A DNA stretch of 64,000 nucleotides from NCBI GenBank assembly GCA_964016885.1, contig OZ024740.1:341682001-341746000 (forward strand). The letters are read 5' to 3'. The notes below the pieces were generated by a model. The model did no database searches and had not been told where the DNA came from. It saw only the letters and a program-made list of their open reading frames with translations. Origin of the DNA: Eledone cirrhosa. Taxonomy: Eukaryota. Both the position numbers and the translations under genes were made by a program. Position 1 is the stretch's first letter. Each line of letters begins with the position of its first letter. Shown here one piece after another: positions 12,305-25,931 of the stretch.

Positions 12305-12690
12305 GTCATCATCATCACCGTTTTACGTCCGTTCTTCCATGCTAGCATGGGTTAGATGGGTTGTCCTGTTGTGAGCAGTGTCCAGTCGGCTGACCATGCC
12401 TTGCTCATACAGGAACTGATTCTGGCTTGATTTCTACAGCTGGATGCCCTTCCTAACACCAACCTCATTTACAGTGAGAGCTGTGTGCTTTTTTTCATGG
12501 CGCTTACATGTCCACTTTACAGTGTGGGCTGGGTGCTTTTTTGCCGTGGCACCTCCACGACCACTTTGCAATGGGAGGGGATGGGGGCATATTGTTTATA
12601 TGCTTCAGCTTCGACTTGTACCCGTGGGGGGGGTCGGGTCTTCTGTATTACTGCGTGACGCCAGAGGTCACGGTCGTGTGTCATCGCCTA
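12305..12690 (-). mobile_element. 3' end of an RTE-type element
   Basis: DRDLW...AVIQKTR-like ORF end, AGGAAGGGCATCCAGC motif and (GAT)n tail. Confidence 0.7.
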
Positions 12691-13420
12691 AGTACTATCT
12701 TTTGTATTTCTTCTATATGCGGGTTTCCTGGGATTTGGGATAGGTAATCATTATACCGCTTAGGTATCATTCCTAGAGCACCTACAACCACTGGTATTAT
12801 TTTAATTCTCAACTTCCACATTTTTCCAATCTCTATCTCCAGGCCTTTATACTTGCTCAATTTTTCAAATGTTTTATAGATACATTCTTGTCTATTGGAA
12901 CGGACATATCAATTAGCAGGCATACTCTCTTTTTAAAGTCCTTCAGTATTATATCAGGTCTATTTGCATCTATTTGTCGGTTTGTTTGGATGCCAAAGTT
13001 CCACAAGATTGAGATGTAATCTTTTTCAAGTACGGGAGGTAGTTGATGCTCCCACCAATTCTTTTGATGGGGCGGGTCAAAATGCTTACACATTACCCAG
13101 TGTATGTATTGTGCAGCTCTGTCGTGCCTGTTTAGGTATTTGGTTGGAGTTATAGGACTGCACATTGAAATTATATATTATTATTATTATTATTATTGTT
13201 GTTGTTGTTGATGTTGTTTCCCCCCACTCCCCCAGGATTGATCATAATTCCTGGTTTAGTCAAGATAGTGGACCACATTCAGTGATCTGAGGTATCATGA
13301 CATTGTTTCCTTCTTTTCAGTTTGTATTCAATACTTTTTGTATTATCCTAGCCATTCCAAGCAAACAACATTTCTGTAACATTTCTACTGTCAGATTGTG
13401 GTCCACAAGATTTCCTTTAA
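12690..13420 (-). mobile_element. R4/Dong-like (restriction-like endonuclease) retrotransposon fragments
   Basis: RHD..QYIHW..CK, ILWNFGIQT, NRPDIIL...LIDMSVP, IIPVVVGALG; a second 3' end (LQKCCLLGMARII) has an (AAC/AAT)n tail at ~13177-13210. Confidence 0.8.
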
Positions 13421-13598
13421 TTTAGCCTTAAAACGCTTATTGTTGTTATTATATAGATTAAAGACTGATACCAAAATATTATATACATAAATGGGATGCA
13501 ATTTATCTACCACTGCAACTTATATATAGTATATCTGATCAAGTAACATGACCACCTTCTTATTTCCTAATACTATTTTTATCTCTACCCTTTATTAG

Positions 13599-13826
13599 GT
13601 CCTCTGTGTGAGCAGGAGATCAATGAATGTGACTCTTCTCCTTGTCAAAATAGTGGATCATGTGAAGACCAGTTAAATGGTTTTAAGTGTTATTGCACAC
13701 AGCATTATAGTGGCAAATATTGTGAAAATGAATTTAGTTACTGCCATTCTTCTCCTTGTTCCAACCATGGAGTTTGTGAACATCTGGGACATACTTTTCG
13801 CTGTCATTGTGATCCTGGATTTACAG
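13599..13826 (+). CDS. SVEP1-like exon E: EGF-like domains 3-4 (not in the ORF track)
   Basis: tttattAG|GT; PLCEQEINECDSSPCQNSGSC...YCENEFSYCHSSPCSNHGVC...CDPGFTG; donor G|GTGAGA; 228 nt, phase 1-1. Confidence 0.93.
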
Positions 13827-13974
13827 GTGAGAATATATCTAGTTTACCTTATAAAATGTGATTATATCATCTTTATTCTATATTATATCATATATTCTAT
13901 ATTATATCTTTGCTTATTTCTATGCACTTTTTACATACATACATACATAAATATATACATACATACATATATAC

Positions 13975-14004
<30 letters not shown>

Positions 14005-14005
<1 letters not shown>

Positions 14006-14212
14006 GTTGACAGCTGAGAGAAAAGAGTACTCAATACTGAAGTAGAGTTTTAATATTCATTTTATTAAGGCTAAATAGTAAATCTTGTTACTCTCGAGTT
14101 TCGCCTGTTTATCACAATGTCATCGGACAAGAAGGTTCTTGTCTGATGATCCTGTGATAAACAGGTGTAACTCCAGAGTAACAAGACTCACTATTTAGGC
14201 TTAATAAAATGA

Positions 14213-14216
<4 letters not shown>
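14005..14216. mobile_element. Short palindrome of two degenerate minimal hammerheads (Penelope pLTR-derived)
   Basis: Arms 14053-14133 and 14136-14216. The + arm reads CTTGT-CTGATGA-TCCTGT-GATAA-ACAGG-TGTAAC-TCCAGA-GTA-ACAAG; the - arm keeps GAAAC but has CCGATGA. Confidence 0.75.
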
Positions 14217-14305
<89 letters not shown>

Positions 14306-14349
14306 CATATACATATATATATATATATATACATACATATACTATACAG

Positions 14350-14381
<32 letters not shown>

Positions 14382-14382
<1 letters not shown>

Positions 14383-16212
14383 GTTTCTGAATTTGTTTAG
14401 CAAGATTCTTTATCTGAAAACGTGTGTTGAAACCGATATTGTTATACTTTGGGAGGGTCATGTTGCCAATAAGAAATACACGCACCAGTTGCTTTCACTT
14501 CAATTTATTATAAATTAAATTTATAAATTTCCGGCAGGTTGGTTGGTTCCACAACCGGACGGTTGTTCATATATTGTCAAAGTTCTTTCATCACACATTC
14601 TGTGACCTCTTCAGTGACTGGGGATTCTTTTCTTTGTTTTTGTGCCTCTCCTTTGTTCTGTCCTATGCCATCTTGTTTTTGTGTGTGTTGTGTGCTTAGT
14701 TTGCGCATGTGTTACATCCGGGTGTCTATGTGTGTTTATATTTGTTTATTTATTTGTTTATTTACATGTTACCGGTTGGTTGTTTGTTCTATGTGTGTGT
14801 GTTTTTTCATTTTGTCCTTAATTGTAAGTTGTGATGTTGCTATTCTGTTCATGTTTTCTATTTAATTTTGGTTGGAGTTCATTTATGTTTATTGCCTCTG
14901 TGATTTGTCTAAACATTGTGTCTTTTCTGTGTGTAGATTCTATTTTTATTTCTATGTTCTCTAATTTGCCCTTATGTTCTAGTTTAGCATGTTGGTGGAG
15001 TACAGATGATTCTTTTCTATCTTGAAGCTCTCGCCAGTGTTCATCTAACCGTTCACCTATGTACACTATATTCTTATCTCTATATTGTCCTTCAGTACAT
15101 CTTATGCTATATACTACATTTCTAGTTTTACAGTTAATATGGGGGCCTGCCCCTTGTATAGGAGCAAATTTTGGAAAAGAATAGAAAGAACTAGGAATAA
15201 GGTGAATAGAATAAACTCATGGTATGATAGCAATAAATACCAGAGTGTAATGTTCATCAATACAACCCCTAGAGGTGAATTAGCTTACAAATTTAGAAGG
15301 GCCCTAGATAAACATAAACTTAATATTAAGATAGTAGAAAGATCAGGTACCTCCATAAAAACACTTATTAGCAATACATACCCTTTTCAAAGACCTCCCT
15401 GTATAGATAAGAAATGTATAATCTGTAAACTAAGCCCCCATATTAACTGTAAAACTAGAAATGTAGTATATTGCATAAGATGTACTGAAGGACAATGTAG
15501 AGATAAGAATATAGTGTACATAGGTGAGACAGCTCGTAGTATAGGGGAACGGTTAAATGAACACTGGCGAGAGCTTCAAGATAGAAAAGAATCATCTGTA
15601 CTCCACCAACATGCTAAAATAGAACATAAGGGCAAATTAGAGAACATAGAAATAAAAATAGAATCTACACACAGAAAAGACGCAATGTTTAGACAAATCA
15701 GAGGCAATAAACATAAATGAACTCCAACCAAAATTAAATAGAAAACATGAATGGAATAGCAACATCACAACTTACAATTAAGGACAAAATGAAAACACAC
15801 ACACATAGAACAAACAACCAACCGGTAACATGTAAATAAACAAATATAAGCACACACAGACACCCAGATGTAACACACCCAAAAACAAGATGGCGTAAGA
15901 CAGAACAAAGGAGAGGCACAAAAACAAAGAAAAGAATCCCCAGTCACTGAAGAGGTCACAGAATGTGTGACGAAAGAACTTTGACAGTATATGAACAACC
16001 GTCTGGTTGTGGAACCAACCAACCTGCCGGAAATTTATAAATTTATAAATTTATAAATTTAAAAATTTATAAATTTAATTTATAATAAATTGGAGTGAAA
16101 GAAACTGGTGCGTGTGTTTCTTATTGGCAACATGACCCTCCCAAAGCATAACAATATCGGTTTCAACACACGTTTTCAGATAAAGAATCTTGCTAAACAA
16201 ATTCAGAAACCA
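14382..16212 (+). mobile_element. 5'-truncated Penelope-like element (Neptune/Nematis-like GIY-YIG end) with inverted upstream copy
   Basis: Cys-rich linker plus VVYCIRC...YIGETARS...R.NEH (~15147-15740); 14382-15146 is the reverse complement of 15434-16212; (TA)n on both sides. Confidence 0.88.
15943..15985 (+). ncRNA. Minimal hammerhead ribozyme in PLE pLTR
   Basis: GTCA-CTGAAGA-G-GTCACA-GAATG-TGTGAC-GAAA-GAAC-TT-TGAC; mirror copy at ~14576-14618 (-). Confidence 0.75.
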
Positions 16213-16213
16213 A

Positions 16214-16246
<33 letters not shown>

Positions 16247-16300
16247 TTGAATTGGTGCTCTGAAATAGTGATATATATATATGAATGTACGTATTGTATA

Positions 16301-16510
16301 TTTAATAATATACTGTATGTTTATTTAAAAACATTTTGAAGACCATTTCGCTATTAATTTTAAGTTAGTGACTAACATCACCTACCTAGCATCGGCAAAA
16401 ACAGGGGGAAGTAATCAACGGCCACTGTTTCTAACATATTAGTGGTTATCAAGGTGGAGGGATATGTAGCCTTCAAAATGTTTTAAAATAAACTTACAGT
16501 ATATTATTAA
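16301..16510. mobile_element. MITE-like element with ~40-bp terminal inverted repeats
   Basis: TTAATAATATACTGTATGTTTATTTAAAAACATTTTGAAG versus CTTCAAAATGTTTTAAAATAAACTTACAGTATATTATTAA. Confidence 0.65.
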
Positions 16511-16645
16511 CTATACAATATGTACATTCATATATATATGTGTGTGTGTGTCATATATATATGTATATACAACAACAACAACAAAATATAGATGAAGATT
16601 ATGATAGAGTTGCTTTATAATTGCTGTTTGTATATTTATCACTAG

Positions 16646-16759
16646 GCAGACATTGTAATCTGACAATTGATCAATGCAGAAGAAATCCTTGTCAAAATGG
16701 TGGTACCTGCAAGAATTCATTCAACTTCCCAGTCTGCCATTGTTCACCCGGCTACACTG
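16646..16759 (+). CDS. SVEP1-like exon F: EGF-like domain 5
   Basis: cactAG|GC; RHCNLTIDQCRRNPCQNGGTCKNSFNFPVCHCSPGYTG; donor G|GTAAGA; 114 nt. Confidence 0.92.
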
Positions 16760-16811
16760 GTAAGATAGCATTTTATTATGTCAATGAGAAGACATGCAAC
16801 CATAGACATAC

Positions 16812-17123
16812 TTTCTCACTCTTTCTCCTTCTCTTTCTTTCTGAAACTCTCTCTATCTGCAACTCTCTCTCTTTCTCTCTCAATCTCACTGCTTCTATCT
16901 CTCTCTGTTTCTCTCTTATTCTCTCTCTTTCTCTCTCTCTGTGCTTCTCTCTCACTTTCTCTTTCTCTCTCTCCTCTCTCCTCTCTCCTCTCTCCTCTCT
17001 CCTCTTTCTTTCTCTGCTTCTCTCTCACTATCTCTGTCTCTTTCTCCCTCTCTCTGCTTCTCTCTTACTCTGTGCTTCTACCCCTCTCTCTCTCCTTTCC
17101 TTGTCTGTCTGTCTCCCTCTCTC
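16812..17123. repeat. (CT)-rich degenerate microsatellite
   Basis: Polypyrimidine tract; it accounts for the spurious S/L-rich and R/E-rich ORFs. Confidence 0.9.
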
Positions 17124-17134
17124 TACATACATAT

Positions 17135-17810
17135 CCGTGGTATATCAAAAGAGTATCCAACCTCAGGCTGAGAATAAAACATTATGTACTTGGTGGGGTT
17201 CAATTGCTAATCCCCTTTGAAGTGGGCTCCTTGTCTCTCCACACACTTAGCCCAGCAATCCTTGCACTGTTTGAAGTACATCTGGAATGCTTCTTCTGTA
17301 TTGACTCACAGCTCTGACATTGCGGTGCACGTGATGTCTTCTCAGTTCTCAAAGAAGTCAGAAGGATCCATGTCTGGAGAGTAATGAGCCTGGCATATGA
17401 GTAAAATGGACTTCTTTGCCAAGAAACCATTGACCAGCTGCAATGAATGAGCTGGAGCATTGTCATGATGCAGTTGTTAGTTTTATGAGGCCAACAGATC
17501 TGCTTTTTTGTGCCCAACCGCATCACAAAGACCTTAGAAAACTTCCTAATAGTACTCCTTTGTAACTGTTTGTCCTTCTGTTTCATATTTATAATGCACA
17601 ATGCCTCTGTAATCAAAGAAAATAGTTAGCATCACTGTGATTTTGCTTCACATTTGACATGCTTTTGAGGGCCTTGGTGATGTTGGATGCTTCACTGTGA
17701 TGACAGCTTTGGTTTTTGGGGTCATATCCACACATCTATGTCTCATCTTGTTATCATAGCATTCAGAAACTCTGGATCCTTATTGGCAGTATCAGGCAAA
17801 TATGAAAATG
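17135..17810 (-). mobile_element. Degenerate mariner transposase relic
   Basis: Minus strand LHHDNAPAH...HYSPDMDPSDFF...W.KCVE.QG.HF.GD, plus a frameshifted IT(G)DET..CGYDP motif near 17720-17760. Confidence 0.85.
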
Positions 17811-18540
17811 TGATGAGTAAGTAGTACAGAACCTCACACAGTTGCTATTTGATAGTAATTGATGCATCCTGCAATCTCACAAAAAACATGCATGCACATG
17901 AATATATGTGGCTCAACTCTGCATATTTTTGTCTCCCTAATGTCAGTCATTACTTCTATGGGAAAAATAAAGTTGAATCTAAATATACACACACATAATG
18001 TGTGAAGAGAAATTGAGAAAGTTTTATGAATAATTTCGAAGTTATACTTGTCTGGCAAGTGATTTGATCTGAGATCAAATGTTGAAACTAAAGTAATTTG
18101 AGGAAGAGTCATTTTATCACAGTTCTACACAAAACTGCAAACAGTGTATCAAAAATGTTGATACCAAAAAAATAAATGATAAATGTAAAGAGAAGTTTAC
18201 AGTTTTTGTGTGTTTTTGAATGTTTAAAATGTTTATGGAAATTCTTTGATTTAATTAGAAACAACCACCAAATATTAAAGATCAGTATGACATTCTCAAT
18301 GTTTTATTTATTGTTATATATATATATATATATATATCATCATCATCATCGTTTAACGTCCATCTTCCACACTAGCATGGGTTAGATGGGAGTTGTCCCA
18401 ATTTGAGGCAAATTGGTCGGGTGACCGTGTCTCGCTCGTATAGGACTATCTGGCAGGTTTTCTATGGCTGGATGCCCTTCCTAACACCAACCACATTTAC
18501 AGTGGACATTTTGTACCTCTGTTGTCTCCTTGAACTATAT

Positions 18541-21500
18541 ATCATCATCATCATCATCATCATTTTACATCTGCTTTTCCCTGCTTACAAGGGTGGGACG
18601 GGTCCTATTCAGCATCTCTCCACTTGTCACGGTCCTTCGTCATCTCCTCCGTGAGTTTCAGCAATCTGAGGTTTGCTCCCACCACCTCTGCCCATGTTTA
18701 TGGTGGGCTTCCTCTACTGCCTCTTCCTTCTACTGGGATTTCTTGGCACTTCTTTACCCAGCAGTCATCCTCCATGTGCATCACATGTCCATACCATCTC
18801 AATCTTCTCTCCTGCACACCACAACTTATCCCTCTTATACCCAGTTTCTTTCTCAACTCATCTATGCTTGGTCGTTCATGCACATTGGCATTGCACATCC
18901 AACGGAGCATGCTTGCTTCATTTCTCTCCAGCTGCATTTCTCTCCTCTGCAGTTGCTGCCCATGTCTCACTACCATGCAGCATCGTGCATCTCACACAGG
19001 CATCATATAACCGTCCTTTCGTACGCAGGGAGAAACCCTTCTTTGTCAACAGAGGAAGCAGCTCCCTAAACTTCTTCCAACCTATACTATGGCCTCGGAA
19101 CACCCCCCTCCCATGCTAATCTGATCACCTAGGTACCGGAAGCTATCAACCACTTCTATAGAACTCACCTGCATTGGAAAAATGTGTCTATCACTGCGAT
19201 TACTACTGCCAACTTTCCCTGTACATCTACTGCATACGTAGTTTTCCCCACCTGTTAGTTTGCCTGCTATCCCACTACATCTCTTGTGTACCCAAGATCT
19301 GCATTGCGTACATTTTATGGAGTTCATGCAGTTCCTTTTCTACATGTCGAACATGGCCATTTCCCTGATGGAATCAGAGTATTGTCCTCTCTTCTACTTA
19401 TCAACACCTTTGTCTTAGCTATGTTCACTCTCAGTCCTCTTGATTCCAACTGCTGTTTCCATAGCCATAATTTATTCTCTAGCTCCTCTACTGATTCTGC
19501 TATAAGAACCAGATCGTCAGCATAGAGAAGTTCCCATGGACAGCCAGTCTTAAACTCCTCTGTTATGGCTTGGAGGACTATAATGAACAAGAGCGGGCTG
19601 AGGACCGAACCCTGATGTACTCCTACTTGTATCTGGAATTCCTCACTAAACTCCATTCCTACCCTGACTTTACTGAGAGTACCTCTGTACAAAGTTTGCA
19701 CTGTCCTCACAAGCCATTCCTCAACACCTAGCTTCCTTAGGGACCACCAGATGACAGATCTGGGTACCCTATCAAAGGCCTTCTCTAGGTCAACAAAGGC
19801 TAAGTATAGTGGCTTATTCTTCTCTAAGAACCTCTCTTGCAATTGTCTCACCAAGAAGAGGGCATCTGTTGTACTCTTCCCAGGCACAAAACCAAACTGC
19901 ATCTCATCTAGTTTGACCCTTTCTCTAATTAGTTGTTCTACAATCCTTTCTGCCACTTTCATATCCTGATCTATCAGTTTTATACCCCTATAATTGCTCC
20001 TCTCCAGAGCATCCCCTTTACCTTTGTAGCAATTTATGACTGGCTGCACCAGTCTTTGGGTATGACACCACCATATATAGCTTGATTGATGATGCGTGCA
20101 ACCAGTTTAGTGCCTACTTCTACTGATGCCTTCAGCATCTCAGCAACCATCCCCGACAGTCCAGCAGCCTTACCATTCTTCATTTCCTTAATTGCCTCTT
20201 GTACCCTATATTCGCCAATCTCAATAGCTGGTCCCTCTGTCGGATCTACTGAGGGTAATTTCTCTCTCTCCCATTTGTTCTCCACACTCATCCATCGGTC
20301 TCTCATAATGACATTTCCAGGCCTCCTTTTCTGATCATTCGTGACACTAAGTACACCGGCATCATTCTGGACACATTTATCTCCAACAACATCCTGATTT
20401 GCACTGACACACTGCCTTGCAATGCGGAACACTGCATGTCTCTGATCTTCCCATCGCAGAACATTGGCAAACCTCCTACTCTCAGCGTACCTGCGTGCTA
20501 AGTACACCTGACATCTAGCTTCTGTCTTATTTTCTGTCTGGTTGAAGCTCTGCCCCAGCCACAAGTTTCTTCAGTAGCCTGCAGTAAGTTGTCACGCAAG
20601 CAATTCCAGTCATCATCTATGTCATGCAGCTCTAAATCGTCTTCTTTTTCATCATACACATCTTGAAGGGTTTTGCTAAATTTATATTTTAGTAAAAGGT
20701 CTTTTAGCTTCCAGACCTTTCTTTTCCACACCTTCCTGTATGTCTCATTCTTTCTCTTGCTTACTGAGATGTCACTAACGACTAACCTATGCTGTGGGGT
20801 ACATTCTTCCCCGGGGTATGCCTTAGTATTTGATACCATCTGTCTGTCTCGCTGTCTAACTAGCAGGAAGTCAATCTGGTTTATGTGCTCACCTGATTTG
20901 TAAGTTACTAGGAGGTTGGTAGGCTTCTGGAAGTTAGTGTTGCAAATGGTTAGTGCACTTGCATCACAAAATTCAAGAAGCCTCACTCCTTCTTCATTTC
21001 TTGAGCCGTAACCGTGCCCACCATATACCCCAGTGTATCCTTCCTGGATCTGTCCAACATATCCATTGAAGTCCCCTGCTAGCATAATGATGTCTCCGTC
21101 ATTGAGGCTGTTTGTAAAAGTTGCTCGTAAAAGCAGTCTTTCTCTTCTTTACCTAGGCCTGTTTGGGGAGCATAGGCAGAGATGATTGTCAGTAGTCTCT
21201 TGCCTACAACTAATCTAAGCTTAATTATTCTATTACTAACTCTAAATACCTCTATTGTCTTATCGATCCATCTCTCAACCAGTAATATGCCTATCCCACC
21301 TAACCCACCATCATTACCCACCCAGAAAATCTTATAACTAAGATGTTTGCCTGCGATTAGTCTTGCAGAGGCACCTCTCCATCTCACCTCTTGCACACAG
21401 CACACATCCACATACCTTCTCTCCAGCATCTCCACTATCTCACCAGATCTACCTGTTAGTGTGCCAACATTAAGTGTGGCAACTCTGAGATGCAACGTCT

Positions 21501-21980
21501 CGTTCTTTTTCCTGTTGTGCGATTGCTTGATGACGGTCGGGGGGTTCTCACACATGGCCTCACCAGCCACCTCACTACCGTCTGCAGCCCTAACATGGTT
21601 AGTGTTATTGCTGTATACGCAGTTGTTGTGCGATAGCTTGATGACGGTCAGGGGGTCCTCGCACATGGCCACACCAGCCACCTCACTACTGTGAGCAGCC
21701 CTAACATGGTTAGTGTCATTGTTGTTTACGCAGTTGTTGCAATTCTCATTTGTTGTGCTCATAGTTTTTGGCAGTAATATATATACTGGTTGGATGCCCT
21801 TCCTAAAACTAGCACCACTTTACAGCATGGACTGGGTGCTTTTATTCGTGCCACCAGCACTAGAGAGGTTGTCTTACTGGACTCAGGGGCCCTATCCATA
21901 CCTCCATTTTACAGCATGGAGTGGGTGCATTTATTCGTGCCACCAGCACTAGGGAAGTTGTCTTACTGGACTTAGGGGAC
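18541..21980 (-). mobile_element. Near full-length, disrupted RTE LINE (family 2)
   Basis: APE domain (TLNVGTL, VQEVRW, AGDFNG, QIDF), RT (YADD) and C4HC3 finger spread over several frames with stops and frameshifts; (GAT)n tail. Confidence 0.95.
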
Positions 21981-22200
21981 TTCTCTACCCTGCACCAATT
22001 TATTTGGAGTGGTAGCTCTCCTAGATGAGTTGCCTACACTATGTCCACCCCTTGTCTGTTCTATGATCTATTCATATATCATACAGCATCGGGCATGTAT
22101 ACCGAACGTGGTGGTGGATAAGTGAGAAGGAAAAATGGCTATACGTACAAATTTATATCAACATATATACATATATATATATATAAACATATATATATAC

Positions 22201-22281
<81 letters not shown>

Positions 22282-22290
22282 CATATATAT

Positions 22291-22340
<50 letters not shown>

Positions 22341-22346
22341 CTCATA

Positions 22347-22775
22347 TCCTTCGTAGAGACCTGAAAATCCGCCTCTTCATTGCTGTAGTGGAGTCTGTGC
22401 TGCTGTATGGGTCAGAGACTTGGACACTGACCAAGAAACTCACTCAGATGGTGGATGGGTGCTACACGAGAATGCTGAGGATGGCTGTGAACATTAATCA
22501 GTATACACTGAGGATGAAAAACTCAGAGCTGTATGGGAGCATCCCAAAAGTCAGCTCAAAAGTGACACAGAGGAGACTGAGGTTATCTGGACATGCTCAC
22601 CGACATCCAGAGTTGACATTGCACTCAATACTCCTTTGGGAGCCCCTACATGGACACACTGGTCTATTGGAGACGCAGGACATGGCAGCGATAATGAGGG
22701 ACAGAGACCGCTGGAGAGAACTCGTCCATGGATCTCGGGAATTTTACCCGCCTTAGAATAGAATAGAATAGAATA
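22347..22775 (+). mobile_element. 3' fragment of a third RTE-like family
   Basis: [16 protein letters not shown]...DGCYTRMLR...RRLRLSGH...DRDRWRELV; tail (TAGAA)4. Confidence 0.85.
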
Positions 22776-23062
22776 TCTCATACATATAAACATATACAAA
22801 TCTCATGCAAACCGAAAAGTTTGGAGATATGAAAAATAAACTTATCTTAACGAAGCCTTTATAACGATGTTACACATCCAACAAATATGGATTCCCTGTG
22901 TTTAAGATGTGCGCGAATAACAACATATCCGGATATATATCAACATTTATATCAACATATATACATATATATATAAAAATATATATATATATATATACAT
23001 TGCAAGCGTGTAACACGGACGCTAAACCTTGATGATGATGATGATATATACATATATATCTT

Positions 23063-23392
23063 ACTTCTTCTTACGTCCGCTTTTCCCTGCTTGCAAGGGT
23101 GAGACAGGAACTGACTCTGGCTTGATTTCTACAGCTGGATGCCCTTCCTAACACCAACCTCATTTACAGTGAGTGCTGGGTGCTTTTTTGTCGTGGCACC
23201 TCCACGACCACTTTGCAGTGGAATGATAAGGACCCCAGTCCCTATCATCTCATTTCTACAGCTGAGTAAACTGGAGCAATGTGAAATAAAGTGTCTTGCT
23301 CAAGGAAACAACACATCACCCGGTCTGAGAATTGAACTCACAACCTTTCGATTGCAAGGTCAATGCTCTAACCACTAAGCCATGTGCCTCCA
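23063..23392 (-). mobile_element. CORE-type SINE copy
   Basis: Reverse complement of 931-1262. Confidence 0.85.
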
Positions 23393-23414
23393 TATATATA
23401 TATATATATATATA

Positions 23415-25884
23415 TCATCATCATCATCATCATCATTGTTTAACGTCCATCTTCCACGCTAGCATGGCTTTGGACGGGAATGTTCCCACTTGAGGCAAGA
23501 GTGGTTGTCTTGCTCGTATAGGAGTGTCTGGCATGTTTTCTATGGCTGGATGCCCTTCCTAACACCAACCACATTTACAGTGTGGGTCTGGGAGGTTTTT
23601 ACCGTGTTACCTACATGGCCACATTACAGCGTGGACTGTGTGTTTTTTTGTCGTGACACCTACACGACCTCATTTGTTTCGGACTGGATGTTGTGGTACC
23701 AACATAACTTTACATCGAAAGGGGTGGTGTGGATGGGGTGGGGGTAGTGGGACAGGGGTGTATTTTGTTAGAGATGCCTACTGACTGTAGTAGGTTTCAC
23801 TTTGTACTTAGGTAAGGTGGGTCTTCTGTATGACTGTGTAGCGCCAAAGATCTCGGTCCAGTGACATTGTCTTGGAGAGGTGTAAGTGTGTGAGGTCGGA
23901 GTTTAGCAAGTTGTCCCAGGTTTTTCTGGGTCTGCCTACTCCGTGGCTACCGTCTATTTTTATCGCCCTGCACGTTTTTATACAGCTGTCGTCTTTCATG
24001 CGCATCACGTGACCATACCAACGCAGTCTTCTCTCGAGTAAACAACATCTGATCCCTCTTATTCCTAATTTCTCCCTTAGTTCGTTTATGCTTTGCCGTT
24101 CACGTACATTACTATTACACATCCAGCGGAGCATGCAAGCTTCATTCCTCTCCAGTCTGCGTATATCCTCTGCACACAATGCCCAGATCTCACTGCCATG
24201 CAACATTGCTGTCCGTATGCAGGCATCATACAACCTGCCTTTCATTTTTAGTGAGAACCCTTTAGCGGCCAATAGTGGTATAAGCTCTCTGAACATTTTC
24301 TATCCCGTTCTGACACTAGCTACTGTACTTTCGGAGCACCCTCCACCACTGCTAATTTTATCACCCAGGTAATGGAAGGTGTCCACTATTTCTATAGAAC
24401 CATCTGTGCAATGGAATGAGCTAGTATTCGGTGGGCACTTGCTGCTACTTATTGCACCAGAGCACCGGCTACATATGAAATCTATATTCTTAGTTAGCTT
24501 ACCTGTGATCCCACTACATCTTTTATGCACCCATACTTTGCATTTGGGACATAAAATGGAGTTTCTTCCTACTCCTTTCCTAGAAACTAGAACTTTAGTC
24601 TTAGACAGGTTAATTTTAAGGCCTTTTGATTCTAGGCCATGCTTCCATATTTGGAATTTCTTCTCTAGTTCGGCCATTGATTCAGCTATGAGCGTTAGAT
24701 CATCTGCGTATAGAAGTTGCCATGGGCAGCCGGTCTTGAGCTCCTCTGTTCTAGCCTGAAAGGCAATAATAAATAGGAGGGGGCTAAGGACGGAGCCCTG
24801 ATGAACTTTACGCTAAACTCTTCACTATATTTGTTGTTAATTCTAACCTTGCTGACTGTTTCTTTATACATGGCTTGTATAGCTCTCACAAGCCATTCAT
24901 CAACACCTAGTTTTCTAAGAGCCCACCAGATAATGGAGCGGGGGACCCTGTCAAAGGCTTTCTCCAAGTCAACAAAAGCTAAGTATAGGGGTTTACTTTT
25001 AGCTAGGTACTTCTCTTGTAGTTGTCGTACAATGAAAAGAGCGTCTGTTGTACTTTTACCTGACACAAACCCGAACTGCATTTCATCTAGATCAATTCGC
25101 TCTCTGATTAGTTGCGCTATTACTTTTTCTGTGACCTTCATGACCTGATCGATTAATTTAATGCCTCTATATTTACCCCTATCTAGGGCATCTCCTTTAC
25201 CCTTGTAGCAGTTAATGATGATGCTGCTACGCCAGTCTTTTGGAATGACCCCATTCTGTATGACTTGGTTTACTATCCGGGTGACCATAATGTGTCCCAC
25301 CGTTCCAGATGCTTTCAGCATTTCAGCAACTATTTCCGAAGGCCCAGCCGCCTTACCCGTCTTCATATCTTTGATTGCCTTACTGATTATACTACCTTCA
25401 ACTAGCACTGCTGGTCCCTCTATTGGATCGATGTGGGGGAGACTGTCTTTCTCCCATTTATTCTCCTCATTTAGTAGCCTTTCGTAGTGACACTTCCAAG
25501 CTACCTTCTTATCAGTGTCAGTGATGGCAAGTACACCATCATCATAAAGGATACACTTCTCCCCGACAATATCACTGTTTTCTTTGACACATTGCCTAGC
25601 AATCCTGAACACCTCACGTTTTTGGTCCTCGCATTGTAGAACATGCTTGAACTTTCTTTCCTCTGCTTCCCTTCTTTCCTAGCTTTCCTCCTGGCCACTT
25701 GATAGTCTTCTCTACTTCCCCCATCCTGCCATACTTTCCAAGCCTGCTTTTTGGCCTTAATTGACTCCTCCACCTTACTGTTCCACAACCACATTACTCT
25801 CCTCCTGCCTATAGGCCTACTCCAGCCACAGACATCATCTGCCGCCTTCAGCAGGTTAGCTTTCAGGAATTCCCACTGTTCCTC

Positions 25885-25885
<1 letters not shown>
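23415..25885 (-). mobile_element. 5'-truncated, disrupted RTE LINE (family 1, second copy)
   Basis: Closely similar to 6757-9320, with frameshifts, stops and a 54-bp deletion; bounded by (TA)n. Confidence 0.95.
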
Positions 25886-25920
<35 letters not shown>

Positions 25921-25931
25921 TATATATATAT

